DNA of 64,000 nucleotides, from NCBI RefSeq assembly GCF_964204645.1, contig NC_134026.1:21734150-21798149 (forward strand), given 5' to 3'. Below are positions 60,776-64,000 of the stretch, piece after piece (positions within the stretch are counted from its first letter, which is position 1; every line of letters begins with the position of its first letter). This DNA comes from Tubulanus polymorphus. Taxonomy: Eukaryota > Animalia > Nemertea. The position numbers and the translations under genes were made by a program. Below the pieces are notes generated by a model. That model searched no databases, was not told the origin of the DNA, and saw nothing but the letters and a program-made list of their open reading frames with translations.

Positions 60776-63563
60776 TCATACATATCTAGCGCGTTGTTTA
60801 TAAGGCACGGTAAGACAAACGTTGTTGATCGTCGGCAAAGGCTCCTGCGTGTAGAACCGAACCAGCTCTTCAACGCTATCGAATGTGTCCTTACCAATCG
60901 TGTACTTCTTATTCTTGAAATAAAAAAAAAACAGTTTTCATTTGTGGGATTTCACTTTCCACATTTCCACTCGCGCCGCTGGATCCAGTTCCACAGATTG
61001 CGAGTCAAGATTTGACTCGAAGTTTACTCATTGAAAATGAACTAATTCTAACTCAAGAGTTAACTCTTAACTCACGACTGAACTGGATCTCGATGGCTCA
61101 TTCATTACCGAGCTATTCTTACCGGCATCTGCAGCTCTTCGATCACATACTTTTTCGTCTTACCAGAAACGTAAACGACAAGAACCTGAAAGATGAATTA
61201 ATCATTAGAAAAATAAATCGTCATCCAAATGTAAAACGCATGTACACTGTACACCGGTACTGAGAAAAATGAGTTCGGCAAAATTCATAGATCTACCCAT
61301 TTGCTATTTGTCCCTGGACGCACTAAGTAGACACCGGTTTCACCAATTTCCTCAAGAGTACTAAAGAGCACATCATATGAAATGAAATTAATTCCGACAT
61401 AAGCAAAGTTCATTTATCCGTAAGCGATACACGGTTGTGGATTTGAATTCTCATCCAGGGGAATCAAATTTAGGTCAATAGACACAAATACAGTAAAAAT
61501 CATTCATAATGCCACAGTTGGGACCAATGGGAAAAAAAACACAGCGTCATAACGAAATTGGCCTAACAAAGAACGGTATTTTTATAGAATTTGAGCTAAA
61601 TTGGATTGGGCAAATTTATTCTCTGAAAAATGTGCAGTGGCATTATAAAGGATGGCATCATAACAGACTTTGTCTGTCAAATTCTAATAAGAAAATGATT
61701 TTTGTATCCTTAAATATTCATAAGGCATTAAAACATACCGAATTGCACTTTCTTTGCTCCCTTTAAAGTATATACTAGCAATTTGCTGAAACAAATATAG
61801 ATTATTTCTAATAAATTCTGCCTACATTGTTACTACGGAAGAATAGCATTAAGAATATATTCACCTCAGTAGCCTTTGCAGTAGCACTGGCTTGGGCAGC
61901 TTTTACTTCCTGTGAACAAAGTTGAAAAAAAAATTTTTCATCTTCTGTACAGGTCAGGCGGCCAGTTGCTCAAAAGTTAGAGTTAACCAGTGGATAGTTG
62001 ACATAGTGAAAATCAATAGTTCATTGTTGCTGTGGTATTTATCCACCAGTTGTCTTTAACAAACTTTTGAGCAACCCGGTTTTAAGTTTCATAACACAAT
62101 CGAGGAACTTACAGGACCATCCATAGGTAGATAGTGTTCACTAAATTGTGTATTCGAAACATTTCCGATAGGATGCATTCTGCCACGTCTAGGAGTGGGA
62201 GGAATTGGTTCAACATAAGGTGGCGAATCGAGCTATATTTGAAAGTAAGAAATTAGTTCTACATGAGTAATAGGAACTGAAACCGCCCAGATACTCCATT
62301 TTTCCCTGCAGGGTGAATGACATACTAGGTTCCTAAATAAGTTGAATTTTGAAATTTCTGGTAGATTATGACATTTCATGAGGTTGCCTTGACTTAAGAT
62401 ATTATCATTTACAAAGTCAGCTAATCGAAACGGCTAAATGAAAAAATGGTGATTGTGGCTTATGAAGAGAGAAAATACATGTATATGCACAAGTAGAAAA
62501 TATAGAAAGGAGAATTCATACAAACCCTTGGTTTACTAGGTAGTGTCGGTTTCACTGGAACAGTAGGGATGGTTTCTGCACCAATGGGAGGGATCCGAGG
62601 ACCAAGTCTAGAAAATTCCAGAATAGAATTTTGTTTCGAGCATTAGAATTCATGGCACGATCGGAGTTGCCAGTGAAGTTCAACTGGTCTCACGATTACT
62701 GAGAGGATTACACTTAAAATCAACTTCGTCCTACATTGTATAACTAAACAAACAATTCAAAATCCTTTCACAGTGTCAATGTTTGTACTGTGGTATGCTG
62801 GTGTCCCCAGGTCAAAAATTAAAGCAACTTAAATTTAAAAAAAAACATGTATTTTTGATTGGGCCTTAATACCATCATGTGTCCATGGTGAATATAGCTA
62901 GATATCAAATAAAAATTCCAAAATTGGGCCAACCACCCGAACCAATTGGTAAAAGTTTCACAATCTTTCAGAAGAAATCAGAACTAAGTTTTCTTGTGTG
63001 CGTACATAAAATCATAACGATGTGTGATGACTACTGCTATACAATACTTATTGTCATATGCACATCAAATGTCAATTTAATGGCGAGCCCAGCTTATCGC
63101 AGTGAAAGAGTTAAGACCAGTCATTAGAGTTAAATCAATTCTTCGCCTGTGGAACTAGCTCCAGGACCAGTTCAATGTCGTTCAATGATGTTTTACATCA
63201 AACATTCATTAGTTTAAGCTTTGCATGGGAAGAAATCTGAAACGTTTTTCCTTGCAAAATAACGCATTTAAAAGCGTGACTGATTTAGTTTGTAACGCTG
63301 GATCCCGAGGACTATCCACTACTTACGATGGCTTAGGTGGTGGTGGTGGTGGTGGTGCTTGGTCAGGATTCGTTTTCCCATATCCTGGTAACTGAAATAT
63401 GCCAGCAGTTATCACTAAGCTTTCACAACCGATAACACTTAAATTGATTCAGTATGATAGAATTTACCCGCGGTAGAGGGGGTGGTTTCTCTGATGGAAG
63501 CGGCAATGGAGGTCTCCTCTTCATATCACTTCGTGATTCTGAATTTGAACGTGACGGCTTCAC
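60776..63563 (-). CDS. 3' part of a proline-rich adaptor with C-terminal SH2 domain (SH3BP2-like); 5' exons not located, probably beyond the window
   Basis: Small GT-AG exons missed by the ORF track: VKPSRS...RRPPLPLPSEKPPPLPR / ...APPPPPPPKPS / LGPRIPP...PVKPTLPSKPR / ...EHYLPMDGP / EVKAAQAS... / QIASIYFKGSKESAIR / TLEEIGETGVYLVRPGTNSKW / VLVVYVSGKTKKYVIEELQMP / NKKYTIGKDTFDSVEELVRFYTQEPLPTINNVCLTVPY...* (last exon 60776-60913). Confidence 0.8.
61966..62078. mobile_element. Short intronic MITE
   Basis: Inverted ends GTTGCTCAAAAGTT ... AACTTTTGAGCAAC with internal GTGGATA/TATCCAC symmetry. Confidence 0.5.
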
Positions 63564-64000
63564 CTGAACATCTGTAACAGCTAATATCGCAAAGATAGCA
63601 CGAGTGACTCGGGTGATTAATTATCATTTTCAAATAATAACAGACAAACTTTCTATCTACAGTAGAACTAACTTCATTCAGAAGAGAGAAGAAATGACTA
63701 AAAATTTTACCCTTATTTTCAATTCATTGTAAAAAAATGTGCTCTTTTTCCGACTGATTTATAATTTTTTTAGAATAGCATAAAGAATCAATATGGCTTT
63801 GCAATTAGAAGTCACAATTCTGGAAAAGACGGGCATCTGTTTTATACCCATTGTCGGGTATTGACCATGTAATAGGGAATTTCCCCTCTTATTTAATATT
63901 GATTGATGGATTAATTTTCATTTGATTTGAGTTTTGTATCCTAGCACACCACACCTGCCGGGAGTGAAACAGGGGGTTTGATATTAAAGTACAGATAAAG

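Overview
This is an animal genomic window, probably from an invertebrate; the repeat types resemble those of molluscs or annelids, but the host cannot be identified from sequence alone. Host genes are a spliced DEK_C+SWIB gene (minus strand, 17.8-23.1 kb), three tandem two-exon class C GPCR paralogues (24.6-57.8 kb) and the 3' part of a proline-rich SH2 adaptor resembling SH3BP2 (minus strand, from 60.8 kb). The single intron of GPCR copy 1 has grown from about 0.3 kb to 20.5 kb through nested insertions. The largest is a complete 14.2-kb AT-rich Polinton/Maverick-like endogenous virus (26910-41124) with 76-bp TIRs and a 6-bp GGTATG target duplication. It encodes pPolB, minor and major capsid proteins, an A32-type ATPase, a truncated integrase, zinc-finger proteins and several membrane-anchored proteins, but no visible adenain protease. 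The intron also holds a CR1/L2-group LINE, itself interrupted by a 2.9-kb pol-less LTR element with TATA...TATA termini. The most striking signal is that most intact gene starts in the viral element read T-tract...TAAATG, like a poxvirus late promoter. The non-structural units additionally carry a TIR-derived CCACTCATCACCACAA box. This suggests, as inference only, a membrane-containing Polinton-like virus that relies on a cytoplasmic poxvirus/NCLDV-type helper for transcription. No gene could be called with confidence in the first 14 kb.
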